A DNA stretch of 64,000 bases from Phyllobates terribilis (taxonomy: Eukaryota): assembly GCF_046119375.1 (NCBI RefSeq), contig NW_027362764.1:802652001-802716000 (forward strand). The letters are read 5' to 3'. Within the stretch, counting starts at the first letter, position 1, and each line of letters opens with the position of its first letter. A model generated the notes under the pieces. That model was not told the DNA's origin. It worked only from the letters and a program-made list of their open reading frames with translations, and did no database searches. The position numbers were made by a program, and so were the translations under genes. Positions 58,934 through 64,000 of the stretch are shown in pieces.

Positions 58934-60386
58934 CAGTTGAAACCAGAAGTTTCCATACACTATATAAAAGTACACATCTGCATGTTTTTCTCAATATCTG
59001 ACATGAAATCAGAATAAACCTTTCCCGTTTTAGGTCAATTAGGATTTACCATCATTTTTAATATTTGCCAATTGCCAGTATAATGAGAGAGAATGTTTTA
59101 AGGCATTTTTATTAGTTACTGCAAAGTCAACAGCTTACATACACTAAGATTACTATGGACGGCCCATATGATGATGTTATGTGTTTGGAAGCTTCTGACA
59201 GTTTTTTGGCAACATCTGAGTTAATTAGAGACACACCTGTGGATGTATTTTAATGCACACCTGAAACACACTGCTTCTTTGTGTAGCATCATGGGAAAGT
59301 CTAAAGAAATCAGTCAAGATATCAGGAAGAGAATTGTGGACTGCACAAGTCTGGCTCATCCTTGGGTATAATTTCAAGAAACCTGAAGGTGCCTCGTTCA
59401 TCTGTACAAATAATTAAACGCAAGTATAAACAAGATGGGAATGTCCAGCCATCCTACCGCTCAGGAAGGGGACGGGTTCTCTGTCCCAGAGATGAACGTG
59501 CTTTGGTCCAACATGTGCATATCAAAGGACAAAAGCAAAAGACCTTGTGAAGATTATGGTGGAAGCTGGTAAGATTTTGTCAATATCCACAGTGAAACGA
59601 GTACTGTATCAACATGGGCTGAAAGGCCACTCTGCCAGGAAGAAGCCATTACTCCAAAAGAAACATAAAAAAGCCAGATTATTGTTTGAAAATGCACACA
59701 GGAACAAAGACCTTCATTTTTGGAGACATGTCCTGTGGTCTGATGAAAGTAAAATTAAACTTTTTGGGCATAATGACCATCGTTACGTTTGGTGGAAAAA
59801 GGGAGAAGCTTGGAAGCCTAAGAACACCATCCCAACTGTGAAACACAGGGGTGGCAGCATCATGTTGTAGGGTTGTTTTGCTGCAGGAGGGACTGGTGTA
59901 CTTCACAAAATAGATGGCATCATGAGGAAAGAAGATTATGTGGCAATACTGAAGCAACATCTCAAGACATCAGCCAGGAAATTAAAGGGGTTGTACACTA
60001 CTATTTAAAATACGCCAAAGCGTTTTTATGATGAAAAGCAGCTTCTTTATAATTAGCTCTCTCTGGTTTTTCTGCCTGTGAGCGGCGCTATTACTGGCTG
60101 CTCACAGGCAGCACGTGAACCTCCGCTGATGTTCTGTCTATTGAGGCGTCACTCAGCACGGGGGTCCCCGGTGGCTGCTGGGTTGTGGGCGGGGTTACCC
60201 CACCGCGTCACACCCAGCATCCACCGTGTGCTTTCCTAATGAATGGGGATTTGGCAAATATTAAAAATGATGGTAATCCTAATTATCCTAAAACGGGAAA
60301 GGTTTATTCTGATTTCATGTCAGATATTGAGAAAAACATTATATGTGGCTTTTTATATAGTGGATGGAAACTTCTGGTTTCAACTG
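58934..60386 (+). mobile_element. Sleeping-Beauty-like Tc1 element, decayed, with internal deletion
   Basis: TA|CAGTTGAAACCAGAAGTTT...AAACTTCTGGTTTCAACTG|TA. MGKSKEISQDIRKRIV at 59291, VLWSDESKIKLFG. Frameshifts and stops. Confidence 0.9.
59986..60250 (+). mobile_element. T2/Kolobok-like MITE fragment inside the Tc1
   Basis: TTAA|AGGGGTTGTACAC terminus interrupts the transposase. Right end not seen. Confidence 0.55.
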
Positions 60387-60948
60387 TATGTGTATATTGT
60401 GCAGGTTCTCAGCACTGACGTTCTCGCTGATTGTTGTCATTCATGTTCCCCTTTCCTTTGCATTCGGTCCAGAGCACCATGACCTCTTCTTCCATCCATA
60501 ACTCGTCCCTGTAAAATGTAACATACAGACATGTTCACTTTACTGATCTTCCAGGACCCTCCTCACATCCCCCCCCGATACACAAGCAACAACTTGTGCT
60601 GACTTACAATAATTCCCCTGTGCCTCTTTTAATAATGCTCCCCCTTGACCTCTTATAATAATGACCCTATACCTCCTTATAATAATAAAAATATCCTCTG
60701 TACTTTCTGATATTAATAATAATGACTCCTTGAATCCCCTAAAAATGCTAATGATCCCCCTATTGTGCCTCCTTATAATAATCGCCCTCAGTGCCTATTT
60801 ATTGTAATAAGGCTCATGAGCAGGGGAGTACATCGAAATAGCAGGCGCCCCGTAAAAAAAGTCATATCACGTCACAAACTTATAGTCAAAGAAGAGCATA
60901 TCTCCCAACTTTTTAAGAAACGGAGAAGGAAATGTATTGCAGCACTTG

Positions 60949-63900
60949 GACAGTTATTTTGCCCTTACTGAAGCCCCCAAGTGGTCTCACTTTATCTCAC
61001 TCACTTTGATACTACTTTCATGACCCCCGTAGAGTAGAGTATTATGCCCCTACAAAGTATGATGACCCAACACAGTATGATTGCCCCACAAATCTTGCAC
61101 AAAATATGATGCCCCACAGCACCCCACACAGTAAGATAGTCACCACAGCCTCCCATACAGTATGTTATCCACCACAGCCCCCACTATACAGTATTACAGG
61201 TACCACAGTCCCTCACACAGTATGATGTCCACCACAGGCCCTATATAAAGTGTGATGTACACCACAGACCCCCATATATTATGATTAGCCCACAGCCCCT
61301 ATATAGTATGATGTCCCCCATTACCATCCCATGCACTTTGATAATCACCACAGTTTCCAAAATAGTATAACGTACCCCATAGACCTCCACACAGTATAAT
61401 GTCCACCACAGCCATCCTACACAGTAAGATGATCACCCACAGCCACCCCACACAGTATGATAGATCCCCCATAGACTATGAAGATCCCCCATAACTCCAA
61501 TACTGTATGACGGTCCTCCCACAGCCCCCTAAATAGTATGATGGTCCACCTCACAGCCCCCAATATAGTATGATGGTCTCTCCAAGAGTCCCCTATATAA
61601 TATGATGGTCCCCCCAACACCCCTATATAGTACGATGTTCCACCCCATAGTTCATTGTATATTATGATGGTACACAGCATATCCTCCCATATAGTATGAC
61701 GGTCCACCTCACAGTCTCACATATAGTATGATGGCCCCCCCCAACAGCCCCCTATTTAGTATGATGGTCCCCCCAACAGTACACTATATAGTACGGTGGT
61801 CCAACTCACATAGCCCCATATAGTGTGATGGTACCCCAGAGCCCCCAAATATAAAAAAAATCCCTATACTCACCTAATCCAGACTTCTCATCCTTCGCAG
61901 CATCTGTCTCCTCTTCTACCCATTCTCACAGTGGATGCTGGCGGCGCAATGCAGTGACGTTATTGCACCGCTGACGTCCCCTGCTAGGTGCAGGCCTCCA
62001 GCAGGCCGCAGACAGAAGGGACACCCACAGCCTGCTGGCGTAAGTGATGGGGCCAGCAACTTTGTGCTCCATCACAGCTGTTAACAGTATGAGTGATTTG
62101 AGGATTCCGATTCTGTTAACAACATAGCAGATAAGGCAGCCCACAACCAGACAGGCCCTTCTGGCATTTGCCAGAATTGCCAGATGGCCAGTCCGGCCCT
62201 GGGGAACGGCTAATGTTTTGGGACACGTGCTTGTGTAATGAGGGGACGGCACACCTGGAGAAATAGTGGTGGCTCGGGACCGAGAACCGAGGAACGGCCG
62301 CCGCCATCAGGTTGCGGAATGCTTCCGTCTCCACAAGCCTAAAAGGCAACATTTCTAGTGCAAGCAGTTACAAAATGTGGGGGAATTTAGTAGTGAGGCC
62401 TGTTGGGCGTCGGCTGCGTTTTTGCGCTTGTGTTTCTAAGGACTGGGGTATGGACAACTGAACGCTGCGCTGGGACAAGGACATGGACGTGCTTCCTGAT
62501 GCTGCTACTTGAGAGTGCGCAACGACAGGTGCAGGGCAGGAGGCATCTTCCCATGCACCATGGACAGGGGATTGGCTTGCATGCACAACAGCGGAAGAAG
62601 CAGTGGTGCCACCCGCAGACACTGTTCCTGGACCCTGGAGTTCGGCAAAGAAAGTCGGGTGCTTTGCTGCCATGTGCCTGATCATGCTGGTGGTGATCAG
62701 GCTGGTCGTCCCTGCTGATGCTGGCCTGGCAGATGGTGCAAATGGCCTTTTTGGGGTTATCGGCAGAGTCTTCAAAAAACAACCAGACTCGGAAAGCCCT
62801 AATAGTTGTACTGGCAACTTCCTTTGTGTTGGTGTTACGGGGAACAGTTGCCTGCCTTCTGTCTACGGCCACCACGCTGCTTCTTCCTGCCTGTTGGGGT
62901 GCTCTGCCTCCCTCCCCCTGTGTGCTGCTGTCGTCTCTCTGCATGTCCTCCTGCCAGGTTGGGTCAGTTACTATATCATCCACCACCTCGTCTTCCACTT
63001 CCGCACCCTGGTCCTCCTCCTGACTTTATGGCAATTGTGTCTCATCATCGTCCACCTCTTGTGACACTTTCCCACCGTCGCCTTCATGTGACCTTGGCTG
63101 TTCAAATAATTGGGCATTGCTACATGCGATCTCCTCCTCTGCTCTATTCTGCCTCGCTTGTCCTCCGCACCTGCTGTTTCGCTCTGCTTTGTTCTGCCTC
63201 GCTTGTCCTCTGCACCTGCGGTTTCGCTCTGCTTTGTTCTGCCTCGCTTGTCCTCTGCACCTGCGGTTTCGCTCTGCTCTGTTCTGCCTCGCTTGTCCTC
63301 CGCACCAGTGGTTTCACTCTGCCTCGCTTGTCCTCCGCACCTGCGGTTTCGCTTTGCCTCGCTTGTCCTCCACACCTGCGGTTTCGCTCTGCTTTGTTCT
63401 GCCTCGCTTGTCCACCATACCTGCACTTTCGCTCTGCTCTGTTCTGCCCTGCTTGTCCTCCGCACCTGCGGTTTCGCTCTGCTCTATTCTGCCCTGCTTG
63501 TCCTCCGCGCATGCGGTTTCGCTCTGCTCTGTTCTGCCCTGCTTGTCCTCCGCACCTGTCATTTCGCTCTGCTCTGCTTGTCTTCCTCACCTGCGGTTTT
63601 GCTCTGCTCTACTTGTCTTCCGTACCTGCTGTTTCGCTCTGCTCTGCTTGTCTTCCGCACCTGCGGTTTCGCTCTGCTCTGCTTGTCCTCCGCATCTGCG
63701 GTTTGTTCCTGTAACCCAGTCTGTACCGGTCCCTATCCAGCCTGCTTTCCTACCTGCCAGTACCCGCCTGTCTGCATACCTGCCAGTACCCGCCTGTCTG
63801 CATACCAGCCGTGCCTGCCAGTACCCGCCTGTCTGCATAGCAGCCGTGCCTGCCAATACCTGCCTGTCTGCATACCAGCCGTGCCTGCCTATTCCTGCAT

Positions 63901-64000
63901 TCTCCGGCTTTGGTCAACAGCTGTGACCAGGGTCTGACCTGGAGTAGCACCTGGGCCACCTCCCGCGTCCCTCCTCAGACCACGGAGTCGATTAAGCCGC
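60949..64000 (+). repeat. Copy 2 (start of next 60,948-bp unit)
   Basis: Same sequence as 1-3052, including the minisatellite, hAT fragment, 45-bp and 35-bp repeats. Confidence 0.97.

Overview
Vertebrate genomic DNA, most likely a frog (inferred from the transposon families). There are no prokaryotic features. Bases 60949-64000 repeat bases 1-3052 with no difference I can see, so the window holds one full 60,948-bp period of a tandem or segmental repeat. The unit contains a small replication-dependent histone cluster: intact H3 and H4, an H2B with a 137-N masked stretch, a 5'-truncated H1, a relic H2B 3' end, and no H2A. Most of the rest is nested transposable elements: CR1 and L2 LINEs, several gypsy LTR pieces, piggyBac-like, hAT and T2/Kolobok-like non-autonomous elements, a decayed Sleeping-Beauty-like Tc1, an intact DD38E Tc1-like transposon, and an 11.3-kb hAT element with an intact 1130-aa transposase and a perfect 8-bp TSD. 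The most unusual observations are three. (i) The U7-snRNA-binding histone downstream element (HDE) is tandemly amplified after both H2B (about 17x, 48 bp) and H1 (13x, 36 bp), with unrelated units. (ii) H2B, the 48-bp array and the truncated H1 share one reading frame broken only by the H2B stop codon. (iii) A roughly 64-bp TATA-less promoter-like module recurs around the histone genes.
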